Virus record (IMG/VR): IMGVR_UViG_3300033512_000218
Coordinates: 32,001-96,000 of that record
Strand: one strand, 5' to 3'
Source: a virus
Length of the DNA stretch: 64,000 bases
Part shown: positions 52,955 to 63,275 of the stretch, piece by piece
Layout: every line of letters begins with the position of its first letter
How positions within the stretch are numbered: the first letter of the stretch is position 1
Notes under the pieces: model-generated
Database searches by the model: none
Seen by the model: only the letters and a program-made list of their open reading frames with translations
Told to the model about the DNA's origin: nothing
Translations under genes and position numbers: made by a program

Positions 52955-53437
52955 ATGGCAAAAAAAACAACTGAAGTAAAGGAAAAACATTTTACATTAT
53001 TTGAACATATTAGTAATTTAACTCAACAAAAAGTAAGTTGGGATAAATATAAACCAGAAGATATAGCTGATTTTAATCCGTTTATGATTAATCTTATGCT
53101 TAGTCATAATATTGAATTAATTGAATTAGTTAATATGTTTCAACAATATACTGTAGGAGTATTGGATAAACGTGAAGTTTATAAACTATATCTTGGACTA
53201 CTTCCTAAAAAGAAAATATTTATAAAATATATTAAAGGTGATGAAACAGAAGAAAATAAATACTATAAGGAAGCAAGTCAATACATTAAACACTATTTTA
53301 AAAATGAAATTAGTACTGATGAAGCATTTGAATATATTCAATTTATTTCAAGTGATGATATGACAAATATATTAAATAGTTTGGGAGTAGAAGATAAGGA
53401 AATAAAAAAAATAATTAAACATATATATGAACAATAA
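52955..53437 (+). CDS. T4 gp62-like clamp loader subunit
   Basis: FNPFMINLMLS..ELVNMFQ..YLGLLPKKKIFIKYIK. Confidence 0.65.
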   Translation: MAKKTTEVKEKHFTLFEHISNLTQQKVSWDKYKPEDIADFNPFMINLMLSHNIELIELVNMFQQYTVGVLDKREVYKLYLGLLPKKKIFIKYIKGDETEENKYYKEASQYIKHYFKNEISTDEAFEYIQFISSDDMTNILNSLGVEDKEIKKIIKHIYEQ

Positions 53438-53849
53438 TAACTATAAATCAGTTGAACCAAGACAAAATAATTTATTTTCAGTTGAATTTCCTGATGAATT
53501 TAATGGTCTTAATTTCAGTGTTTCAAAAATAAATAAACCTAAACTTATAAATAATAAATGGCAGGATATAGAAATTGAGTTTATGGATTTTATTGACCCA
53601 ATTGTTTCATATGAATTATATAAAATTGCTGAATATTCATTAAATAATGTGATGTTTGATTTTAAAATCAATACATTTAATTCATCGATGGAATTAGTGG
53701 AACAATGGAATATTTATATTGATAAAATAATATTTATAGATTTTGGAAAAATATGGGACTATACCAACTGTTTAATTAATGCTGAAATACAACGTCCCCG
53801 ATTATGTATATCTCCATCAAATTGTGTATTGAATAAAATATTATACTAA
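53427..53849 (+). CDS. tail tube (T4 gp19-like) paralog
   Basis: EPRQNNLFSVEF, KINKPK, WQDIEIEFMDFIDP, VEQWNI. Confidence 0.55.
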   Translation: MNNNNYKSVEPRQNNLFSVEFPDEFNGLNFSVSKINKPKLINNKWQDIEIEFMDFIDPIVSYELYKIAEYSLNNVMFDFKINTFNSSMELVEQWNIYIDKIIFIDFGKIWDYTNCLINAEIQRPRLCISPSNCVLNKILY

Positions 53850-53990
53850 TTAATATATACCAGCAAAGTAGGTTTTTATTTTTGAGTGTACAATCAAAAT
53901 AATTAATTCATATGATGAAACACTGTTCAAAATATATTTTTTAGTCTATATTTTATTTTTAATATATTTGTATTTATATTAAAAATATAT

Positions 53991-54923
53991 ATGAATATTA
54001 ACGAAATATCAACTGTAGAACGAAGTTTAGGACAAATAGATGCAGAAGTTTCTACCTTTCATAGTACATTAAAAAATTATACTGATAAATTCCAATCATT
54101 AACTGATACAAGTCAAATGACTGTATTAAATAATTTAATGGATAAAGTTACAAGAGATAATTTTGACCCAGAATTAAGAGTTGATTTTTATCCATATTCA
54201 ACACCATTTCCAAAGGGTGTAGGAACAGAGGATACAGGAGCAAGAGCATTACAATTAAAGGGTAAACCTGCATATAATAAATGGATGCAAATTATTAAAC
54301 CTATTGCAACAATCGATGGATGGACAATTGTAGATGATTTAGGAGCAGAGGAAAGTGTAGATGATACTAAAAAGCAAAATATAGTTGATAAAGAAACAGA
54401 AATATCAGAGGCAATATTAAATAATATATTAAATTCAACATATCTAAAAAAACAATATTTAAAAGAAATATCAAATTTATCAGGTAATTATGTTGTACAA
54501 AAAAATAATATAACAAATAAAAATACAATCATTGAAAACTTAAATGAAATTTTAAAAAATAAACAAATATTAGAAATGATATATACAACACAAATAACAC
54601 AAAATACTGATTTTGAAGGATTATATGAATTAATACGTGATAAATATAAAATTAAAATAAACTTTAGTGATGTTGATTTAGAAAAAGATTATAAAATATT
54701 ACGTATAAAAAAAGAAGGAATTAATCAATTTGAACGTATGTTTGGAACATTACCTAATCCAAATAAACATAAAATATATTTAATAATACGTTTTAATGAA
54801 AATAATAATGAAGCATCTTTATTTGTTATAAATGAAGATAAAAAAATTGTTAATAATACAAGTATTATTAAATTCTATAAAAGAGGTAAATATAAATGGA
54901 TGGAAGAAAATAATAATGTATAA
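53991..54923 (+). CDS. hypothetical protein, putative head-packaged
   Basis: GTATTTAT at 53970; MNINE start; terminator at 54933-54959. Confidence 0.6.
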   Translation: MNINEISTVERSLGQIDAEVSTFHSTLKNYTDKFQSLTDTSQMTVLNNLMDKVTRDNFDPELRVDFYPYSTPFPKGVGTEDTGARALQLKGKPAYNKWMQIIKPIATIDGWTIVDDLGAEESVDDTKKQNIVDKETEISEAILNNILNSTYLKKQYLKEISNLSGNYVVQKNNITNKNTIIENLNEILKNKQILEMIYTTQITQNTDFEGLYELIRDKYKIKINFSDVDLEKDYKILRIKKEGINQFERMFGTLPNPNKHKIYLIIRFNENNNEASLFVINEDKKIVNNTSIIKFYKRGKYKWMEENNNV

Positions 54924-54961
54924 ATTATATTTAAAACCTACAATTATTTGTGGGTTTTTAT

Positions 54962-55018
54962 TTTAACATTTATTAACAATATTGTATTTGTATTTTGAAA
55001 ATAAATAGTTTATCTTTG
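54962..55018 (+). promoter_or_regulatory. 57-bp early-type promoter
   Basis: motif copy. Confidence 0.8.
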
Positions 55019-55043
55019 TAATACAATTTAAAAATTAAATAAA

Positions 55044-55805
55044 ATGATTATACCTTATAAATATTATTATTACGGTTCTTCTGATTCAATTGATAAAGTT
55101 TTAATTGAATTACCTTCAAATGTATTTCCTAATACACAAGAGCAACGGAAATTATTTTTAAAACAATTGGAATTAAAATATAATTTAAATTGGAATACTA
55201 ATATTATTATTATAAACAATGGTTATATATCCGATACGATTTATCCTAAAAGTTGGATTGATTCATTAAATAATGCGTTTTATACAACTTATAATAATCA
55301 TAAACAAATATATGAATTACCAATAAAAGGATTAGTTAAAAGAAATAAACTGTTGGCTATTTATAAAACAGTTAGAACAGTTTTATGTTTATTAAGTAGA
55401 ACTAATTATAGAAATATTATTAAACCTATATTAAATGGTTGTCATGATTTTAATTTAAAATTAAATGCTTTAAATAAAATTAGGTTTAATAATATTATAA
55501 GTTTTAATCAAAAGAATACTTCTGATATTGATATTTGGAAAATTATATCTTTTTATTTAGGTCAAAATATATCATTAATTCAAGATAACATAGAAATATA
55601 TTCAAAGCAAGATTTAATAATACATCATCCTAAACTATATAATTTTATTTATAGAAAAAATATAAATAATACAGATATTGATTATTTAAATGATTATTTA
55701 AAACAATATATATCTATAATTAATAATTATGGTACATATATAAGCAAAAATAATTATTTATATTGCCATGATGAAATAATAGATATGAAAAAAGAAATAT
55801 ACTAA
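55044..55805 (+). CDS. hypothetical protein, possibly a degenerate nucleotidyltransferase fold
   Basis: YYYGSSDSIDKV resembles GS-x-DxD. Confidence 0.4.
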   Translation: MIIPYKYYYYGSSDSIDKVLIELPSNVFPNTQEQRKLFLKQLELKYNLNWNTNIIIINNGYISDTIYPKSWIDSLNNAFYTTYNNHKQIYELPIKGLVKRNKLLAIYKTVRTVLCLLSRTNYRNIIKPILNGCHDFNLKLNALNKIRFNNIISFNQKNTSDIDIWKIISFYLGQNISLIQDNIEIYSKQDLIIHHPKLYNFIYRKNINNTDIDYLNDYLKQYISIINNYGTYISKNNYLYCHDEIIDMKKEIY

Positions 55806-55809
55806 TAAT

Positions 55810-56604
55810 ATGAACATACATTTTACCGATAAACAGTTATTCGATAACCTAATAAATGCTACATTATACAAAATAAAAATAGGTTCATACATGTATGGAA
55901 CAAACAATGATAAATCTGATACTGATTATCTTTATATATATGCTACTTCAGAGAATGAATTATTAAGTCCTATTCAAACTCAACAACAACTTCAATATAA
56001 GGATAATAATATTGATTATAATTTCACTTCAATTCATAATTTTATTAAAAATTGTATTAGTGGAGACAGTACCATAAATTTTGAATGTATCCAATCAGAT
56101 GAATTTAATAATACTTCCTTAGAATGGATTAATAAATATAAAGATACATTTAAAACATATACTATTATAAGAAGTTATTTAGGTTTTGCTCGCAGAGATA
56201 TTAAACACTATTTTAAATATAATGATACATATAATAAAGAAAAAAGATTAAAACATATTATTAGAGGATACATTTATACGTATAATTTAATTAATCACAC
56301 ATTTAATTTTAAACAATGCAATAAAGAATTAATTAATACAATTAAATATATTGATGTGTCAAATAATAAACAACTAAAACATTATGAAAGTTTAATATCG
56401 AACCTTAGAGAAGAATTAACCGAAAAATTTAATAATCATACTTTAAATTTATCACAAAAAATAGATGTTGAACAAGGAATTAAATTAACAAATGATTTAA
56501 TAACTTTTTGTAATTCAACTTATTATAAGGATAAACAATTATATTTAACAAATTTTGATTTAACTATGTTTATAAATAGTTTTGAAAATTGGGTTGAATA
56601 TTAA
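55810..56604 (+). CDS. Pol-beta-superfamily nucleotidyltransferase
   Basis: IGSYMYGTNNDKSDTDYLYIY; SYLGFA; LKHIIRG. Confidence 0.8.
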   Translation: MNIHFTDKQLFDNLINATLYKIKIGSYMYGTNNDKSDTDYLYIYATSENELLSPIQTQQQLQYKDNNIDYNFTSIHNFIKNCISGDSTINFECIQSDEFNNTSLEWINKYKDTFKTYTIIRSYLGFARRDIKHYFKYNDTYNKEKRLKHIIRGYIYTYNLINHTFNFKQCNKELINTIKYIDVSNNKQLKHYESLISNLREELTEKFNNHTLNLSQKIDVEQGIKLTNDLITFCNSTYYKDKQLYLTNFDLTMFINSFENWVEY

Positions 56605-56688
56605 ACCCATAAACTATATAATTGTTCAATATTGGTGCTAATGGTTATATAATAAAAAATAAATTTTAAGTATTTATATATAAAAAAT

Positions 56689-57054
56689 ATGAATCTACAA
56701 AAATTTATAACCGATACCATTCATAAATATTTGAATGAACAACAAAACATTAAAGGTGATGAAATTATTGCATATCATGGAACAAGATATAAATTTGATA
56801 ATTTTAAAACGTCACATCCAAAAGGTGCAGTAGGTAATGAAAAAGGTGTTTATTTTACACGTGATTTGAGTACAGCAAAAGAATATGCAGAGGATGTTGA
56901 TGGAGCTTTAGATGATAAATCAATAGTTATTAAAGTGAAATTAACTATTAACTCTGATACAGATGGTAAAATAATTAATCATTCGTATAGAGGAGAAGAG
57001 ATTATAATGTTTAATTTGAATAATATAAAAATATTGGATAATAATATTTTATAA
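56689..57054 (+). CDS. ADP-ribosyltransferase-like (H-Y-E) protein with leader
   Basis: AYHGT, GVYFT...AKEYA, EEIIMF; GTATTTAT at 56670; leader ends YLNE. Confidence 0.65.
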   Translation: MNLQKFITDTIHKYLNEQQNIKGDEIIAYHGTRYKFDNFKTSHPKGAVGNEKGVYFTRDLSTAKEYAEDVDGALDDKSIVIKVKLTINSDTDGKIINHSYRGEEIIMFNLNNIKILDNNIL

Positions 57055-57108
57055 AATATATAATGGTAATATTTGTTATTTTCCCAAGATTCAATTTAAA
57101 ACTTTAAA

Positions 57109-57165
57109 TTTAACATTTATTAACATGAATTAATTTGTATTTTTACTTTATTTATATTATCTTTG
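57109..57165 (+). promoter_or_regulatory. 57-bp early-type promoter
   Basis: motif copy. Confidence 0.8.
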
Positions 57166-57190
57166 TTGTATAAATTTAAAAACTAATAAG

Positions 57191-58308
57191 ATGAAAACTA
57201 AAATCCAAATAATTAGTGTTAAACAAGTTGAAGGGGTTATACATCCATCAGATTACCATAATTATGCTACAAAAACAGCAAGAACTGCAACACATTATGA
57301 ACCGATTGCATTATTTATTGATGCAATTGATTTGGAAACAAATAACATGATTAAATTTTATTCTCCGACTGTTCTTTTATCAGTTACAACAGGATGGTTA
57401 TTTTTTAAAGATATTCCGTTAAATGATTGGTTTGAATTAATTGAAACAAATATAATAAGTGCAAAAGGATTGAATGTGTTTGATGGAGGGGATACACCTA
57501 ATGTAGCAATTAAACAAAAATCTGAAATTGTACCCAAAATAAAAGTAGGAGATAATATTAATATATCATATTCAATTTCAAAAACAAATAAAATAAATAG
57601 AGTTAAAATATTATAAACAATAATAACGGTAATTCAATGGAGATAATATCATACTTAGCCGTATAAAGATAAAGAAGAGTTGATAAACTTTCTGAATTAT
57701 TATTGTTTTATATTAATAATCAATTAAAATTAAATTATGTTACCAAACAAAGAAAAGTTAAATAGTAAAATAGAGGAACTTTCGAATTATTATAATGTAT
57801 ATAATCCATCTCTAATGGATTTAATTAATGATTATAATAAATGGTATGCAGAACAACTATTAAATCATACAGTGGAAATGGTAAAGGTTAAAATGGTTAA
57901 ACATGCATATATCGGAGTATTAACTGAAGTAGATAAAGAAAGTATTTTAAACATATTAAATGAAATATAATGAAAAAATTAACAAAAAAAGAAAATACTG
58001 AGTTTTATAAACAAATTTGTAACATTTTATTAAATGATTATAAATGTAAATTAGTTCACGATAATGAAACATATACTCAATTTATTTTAAATTTAAATAA
58101 CAAAATAGATTGCAATATAAGTATTCATAAAATAAATACTTATCTATTTTCTATATTTACAAATTTTACTGATGATAATTTTGAAACTATTTTGGGGGAT
58201 AATATCCCTAAAACAGGCAAGTGGAATTTATTTTCTTCTGATTTAGAAAATATAAAAAATGAATTAAAAGAGTTATTAAATTTTTATTTAAAATTAACGA
58301 ATGAATAA
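57191..58308 (+). other. hypothetical ORFs 57191-57616, 57737-57970, 57970-58308
   Basis: co-oriented ORFs after promoter. Confidence 0.6.
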
Positions 58309-58759
58309 ATATAAATTTTTCTGGGAGGGTCCATTTAGTAATTGGTTTTTAAGTGGATTTATAGTTGATGATATTGCATATAATTGTGGAGAACAATATA
58401 TGATGTATCAAAAGGCAGTATTATTTAATGATACTGAAATAGCTGATAAAATATTAAATGAAACAGAACCTAAAAAACAAAAACAATTAGGTAGAAAAGT
58501 AAGAAATTTCAATGTAAACGTTTGGGACTCTGTTAGATATGATATAGTTAAAAAAGGATTGTATCATAAATTTACTCAAAGTGTTTTTTTAAAAAGTGAA
58601 TTATTAAAATATAAAGAGTATCGGTTTGTTGAAGCATCTCCTTATGATACTATTTGGGGTATTGGTTTCATTGAAAAAGATGCAATGAGTAATATTTCGA
58701 AATGGGGTAAAAATTTATTAGGAAAAATACTAACAGAATTATCATACGAAATAATTTAA
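58301..58759 (+). CDS. NADAR (YbiA-like) family hydrolase
   Basis: FSNWF, EQYMMYQKAVLFND, KQLGRKV, EASPYDTIWGIG, GKNLLG. Confidence 0.92.
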   Translation: MNKYKFFWEGPFSNWFLSGFIVDDIAYNCGEQYMMYQKAVLFNDTEIADKILNETEPKKQKQLGRKVRNFNVNVWDSVRYDIVKKGLYHKFTQSVFLKSELLKYKEYRFVEASPYDTIWGIGFIEKDAMSNISKWGKNLLGKILTELSYEII

Positions 58760-58958
58760 TTATGTGGACAAATATAAATGCATTGCACGGTAATTCTTTA
58801 AAATATATAACGTTAAGATTAAATAATAAAAGATGTATTTTTCATAAATGGAGTAAATATACTATTTTTTCCTTAAGAGATACATATCCTTATGATTTAG
58901 GTGACAAAAAGATAAAATCGTGTCTAAAATGTGGACTTATAAAAGAATATATATGGAT

Positions 58959-60737
58959 TTAGATTTTAGTAAATGTTAAAGTTGAATTTATATCCTCATT
59001 TTGATAAACTAAATAATCTTTTTCATTTAACCAATGTTTAGGTGTTGATGTTGTATTCATTTTGATTGTTTTACCTTCTTCTTTAACAATATGACACCAA
59101 CACCAATCGTGTGTTTTAATGTTATCTATTTTTGAGGTATATAATGGACATTTATTTTTCCAAATCATAATATATCCTGTACCTGTATAACTTATATTAA
59201 TAATATCATCGTATTTTTTTGATATTTTATGTTTAAGTGATTGTTCTTTTTTTATTCTTTCATGTTGTTTTCTATTTAAATATACAGAACTAACAGCAAT
59301 AACATTATTTTCTTTTTTTATTATTTCGTTATATAATTTTTGAAATGATTTATTGTAAGAAGTTAAATCGTCTTCCCTAAAGTGTATTATATTTCCATTT
59401 GCTTTGTTTAATATAGTGTTATACGAATCAGTTAATAATTCACTTACTTTATTTTTTTGTTCTATTTGATTTTTATATTTTATGGGTTTTTGTCCTTGTA
59501 TTATTTCTATATTATTAAAACTATCATAATATTTTTCATTTACTATTATTCCATTTTCACTATTATCAATAATAATAAGTTCTGGTTTATTATTTAGTAT
59601 AATAATATCTTCTATTAAAGAATTCATCCATATATCAAAAAAATTATTTATTCTACCACTATAAACAAGTCCAATAGTCATTAACTCCTCATTATTGATT
59701 TGTTTCGTTTGATTTAAAGGGGTATTTATGGTTTGTGTTATTGTAGTATTAAATATTTCATAACTTGTTGTAGGCTTTAAATAAAGCTGTGATTTTACAT
59801 TTTTACCACATGAATAATCTTCAATTATTTCTGAACACCATCCAAAGTCAATAATATATAGTTTATCATTTTTAATTGTAAAATTTTCTAATTTAAAATC
59901 AGTATAATAACATTTGTTTTGATTTAATATTTTTAATATATCTAATAATTGAATATATAATTCATTTGTTAATTGTTCTTTTTTTACTGTTTCACCACAA
60001 TAACTCATAATAATTGTATTTCCATCTTGTTTAATAAAACGAGGACTTATATTGTAAGATTCTAATTTTTTAAGCCAATATATTTCTCGTTTAATTAGTT
60101 CATTAGTATATGTTTTATAATTAACAGTTTTATATACCTTATCATTTATTATTTTTATTTTGGAAGTATTTCCTTTGTGTGTATATTCAATTTCACTTTC
60201 ATTATTAACAATATTCTTTTTGATTGGTTTATTATTTAAATTCCAATATAAAATAACATTATCAGAATATTTACATTTTGTAAATTGAGGATTATCTATA
60301 TTTTTATATTTATTTGCATAATACAATGGTATAACAAGTATAATATGATTTGATATTCTACTTAATTCTTTAATTATATTTTCAGGAGATATATTTTTTA
60401 TGTGTTGATATGTTTGTACTGATACCAATGCTTCATATTGTTTATTTTTTATTGGATAAGGTAATACTTTTAAATCATGTCTAATTTTAGGAATATAATT
60501 TAAACGTTTATCTTTATTAATAGTATAATACATACTATAACTATCTTCATATATATTAGTTGTGGAACCTATTTCTATTATATTTGATGTCCCTATGTTT
60601 TTAATTATATTAATTATATTTTCATAATATTCCCACTCAATATTTATTATCGTTGTATATTTATTATTTTTATTTTCTGGAAAATAACTATAAAATTTTT
60701 CTTTTGTTAATAATTTTGATATATTTAATGTATTCAT
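58959..60737 (-). CDS. multidomain protein: SAM-methyltransferase-like, kinase-like, GT-A glycosyltransferase-like
   Basis: IIEIGS..LPYPIKNKQYE; YTDFKLENF..IIDFGW; IIIDNSE..FREDD..GTGYIMI. Confidence 0.6.
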   Translation of the reverse strand: MNTLNISKLLTKEKFYSYFPENKNNKYTTIINIEWEYYENIINIIKNIGTSNIIEIGSTTNIYEDSYSMYYTINKDKRLNYIPKIRHDLKVLPYPIKNKQYEALVSVQTYQHIKNISPENIIKELSRISNHIILVIPLYYANKYKNIDNPQFTKCKYSDNVILYWNLNNKPIKKNIVNNESEIEYTHKGNTSKIKIINDKVYKTVNYKTYTNELIKREIYWLKKLESYNISPRFIKQDGNTIIMSYCGETVKKEQLTNELYIQLLDILKILNQNKCYYTDFKLENFTIKNDKLYIIDFGWCSEIIEDYSCGKNVKSQLYLKPTTSYEIFNTTITQTINTPLNQTKQINNEELMTIGLVYSGRINNFFDIWMNSLIEDIIILNNKPELIIIDNSENGIIVNEKYYDSFNNIEIIQGQKPIKYKNQIEQKNKVSELLTDSYNTILNKANGNIIHFREDDLTSYNKSFQKLYNEIIKKENNVIAVSSVYLNRKQHERIKKEQSLKHKISKKYDDIINISYTGTGYIMIWKNKCPLYTSKIDNIKTHDWCWCHIVKEEGKTIKMNTTSTPKHWLNEKDYLVYQNEDINSTLTFTKI

Positions 60738-60760
60738 ACTAATTTTTAAAATAAATACAT

Positions 60761-60817
60761 TTTAACATTTATTAACACTAATTAATTTGTATTTTTACTT
60801 TATTTATATTATCTTTG
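60761..60817 (+). promoter_or_regulatory. 57-bp early-type promoter
   Basis: motif copy, back-to-back with minus-strand GTATTTAT at 60751-60758. Confidence 0.8.
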
Positions 60818-60844
60818 TGGTATAACAATTAAAAATAAAATACA

Positions 60845-61204
60845 ATGACAAGATATAATTTATTTAATGAAATAAATAAACTGTGTGAATTAACTCAAAC
60901 AGGAGAACATCAGTATAATAAAATGGTACATACAGGATTATTAGAGTTTTGTGATTATAATACAGGACTGTTGGATATATGTATGTATTATTTATATCAG
61001 GATAATAATCACATTGTTCGTATTTGGTTTGGTACAATTGATGATGGTGATTTTGGTAGTTGGACAATATGTGATTCAAAAGAAGAAGCATTGGAATTAT
61101 TAAATAAAGTAGTTGATAAATTTAAAGATATAACTGTATTACCTACAATAAATCAATTAAATAAGGAATTTGAAAAATTAAAAATATATTTTTGCTATGA
61201 ATAA
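60845..61204 (+). CDS. hypothetical protein
   Basis: ORF after promoter. Confidence 0.6.
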   Translation: MTRYNLFNEINKLCELTQTGEHQYNKMVHTGLLEFCDYNTGLLDICMYYLYQDNNHIVRIWFGTIDDGDFGSWTICDSKEEALELLNKVVDKFKDITVLPTINQLNKEFEKLKIYFCYE

Positions 61205-61655
61205 AGTTATATTTTTAGATATTGATGGCGTATTAAATTTAATATCACAAGGACACGATAAATTTGGAAGTATATTTCATTCTAATTTTACTGATAATTT
61301 AAAATATATAATTGATAAGACCAATGCTAAAATAGTCATCAGTTCAAGTTGGAGATTAAGTGGATTAAATTGGATTAAAGATTTATGGTTATATAGAAAT
61401 TTACCAGGTGAAATTATTGATAGAACAAAATCAATATATCCAAGTACTAAACGTGGTTATGAAATACAAGATTGGTTAGATAATAATAAATATATAAATT
61501 ATTGTATTATAGATGATGATACAGATATGTTAGAACATCAATTTAATAATTTTGTTCAAACATCAAATAATTATAATCATACTGATAATATTGAAGGATA
61601 TGGCTTAACAAAACAATGTTCTGATAAAGTGATTAAAATATTAAATAGAATTTAA
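61197..61655 (+). CDS. HAD-family phosphatase (RNA-repair 'Swiss army knife' HAD-like)
   Basis: FLDIDGVLN, IVISSSWR, RGYEIQDWL, IIDDD, GLT. Confidence 0.85.
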   Translation: MNKVIFLDIDGVLNLISQGHDKFGSIFHSNFTDNLKYIIDKTNAKIVISSSWRLSGLNWIKDLWLYRNLPGEIIDRTKSIYPSTKRGYEIQDWLDNNKYINYCIIDDDTDMLEHQFNNFVQTSNNYNHTDNIEGYGLTKQCSDKVIKILNRI

Positions 61656-61945
61656 AATAACAAATACAAATAAAAAATGGAAAACAATTGGAAAGAAAAA
61701 ATATAAGAACTATTAGATAAACATATAGGAGAACACGGAGTTCCTTATTCGACTTATCCTAAATTATACAATGCATTTGAAGAATTTGGTAATTTAGTAT
61801 TCGAATCAACAAAACAAGAATGTTCAGATAAAGTCGAATTAATTGATAATGGATATTCTGATGAGTTACCTAATGGAAATATGCATTATTTTGAAAAAAT
61901 ATGTGTCGATACATTTTCAATTTTAAATATTAATAAACCAAATTT

Positions 61946-62908
61946 ATGAGTGAAACAGTAACATATAAAGGAAAATTGCAAGAGGTAGTTTTAATTAATG
62001 ATAATTTAGAAGAAACTTGCAAAGATATATTATTGAAAAATAATATTGAAATACATAATGATTTTTCATATCAGGAACAATTATCTGATAATTTTTATAA
62101 AGAATATGTATCGACAAATAATAAACTTTATAGAGTATTATATAAAGAAAATTTTGAGTTCGATAATATATTTAATGCTGAATTAAATTTAGATGGAACC
62201 ATAAGTTTTTTAGTTAAATATTATGATGGAGGATGTAGTTTTAATGAGGCAATAGAAAAAGCAATGGATAATATTCCAAATGAAATCAATGTTAAATGGT
62301 ATAATACAGAAAAAAATGAATTTCCTGAAATTAACAAACGTATAATAACATCGGAACATGAAATAGGATATTTTAATGCAAATTATAAATTTATGAATGA
62401 AATAACCAAAGAAAGTTCTATTGATGAAATTATTTGGACTTATTTACCTGTTTATAATAATAACTAAAAAGAAAAAAATAATATGATAACACATTTAATT
62501 AGCACGACAGAGTTTATAAACTTTATACATCAAAATTATAATCAATTAGGAATTGAATTTCCATTTGATATTATAGTTAATTATGTAAACTTTATATCTC
62601 AAAAACCAACATTAAGTATGTTTGTACCTTGTGATGAAAATGGGAATGTATTAGACGAACCAGAAATATACGATACTTGGATAATGTATTCTATAAGTAA
62701 CCTTGATACTAAATTTGAAACTAATACTCAATGTGAACAATATAAGGAAGCCAAATCCAATATATTATTTAAAGACAAAATGTGGGATATAAAATCATTA
62801 AAAGAAAAAATAGAATATTATGATACAATTGAAAATTTTGCAATTAAAGAACATTTTTTTAATAAATTAGTATTGACAAAAACATCATTAAAACAAATAG
62901 GATTATAA
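61946..62908 (+). other. hypothetical ORFs 61946-62467 and 62483-62908
   Basis: co-oriented ORFs. Confidence 0.6.
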
Positions 62909-62926
62909 TTTAAAAAACAAACAATT

Positions 62927-63236
62927 ATGATAACAAAAAAAATTCGAAATTGGGTATGGATTAGCATTAACATTAGATATATATGAAATAACAAGTGATG
63001 GTGATAATATTGATTATAAAACAATATATACCAAAACACACTCCGATGGATGGACAATTACAGGAATAGTTCAGGAGGATTATTATCAATAGGTAAATTA
63101 TTTTGAAGCGGTTCATCCTATTTATGGAAAAGTATAGGGAGATTTTGAAGATGAAGTTTATGCTGACACTGAAGAAGGATATAATCATTTTTATGAAAAT
63201 CATACTCCAGAAGGATGGGATTATGGTGATATATAA
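62927..63236 (+). pseudogene. gene with an A-run frameshift and two in-frame TAG (63090, 63135)
   Basis: HSDGWTITGIVQEDYYQ*VNYFEAVHPIYGKV*GDFEDEVYAD..WDYGDI. Confidence 0.6.
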
Positions 63237-63275
63237 AAGAAATAAATTAATTTTAATAATATAAAACAATTAAAT

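Noticed and set aside
53841-53870. TTATACTAATTAATATATACC as a fourth attI-like site
   Set aside because: The core is TAAT rather than TAAC, and no matching GTTA start or hairpin was found upstream.
56630-57085. Possible degenerate cassette ends around the ART-like gene
   Set aside because: No paired arms or complementary ends could be identified.
18466-63236. Alternative genetic code (TGA=Gly/Trp or TAG recoding)
   Set aside because: All three stop types occur in-frame. The TGAs fall where different residues are expected, and the TGA at 24288 aligns with AGA in the 42846-42950 copy. Intact genes terminate with TGA and TAG, and long genes contain no internal stops.
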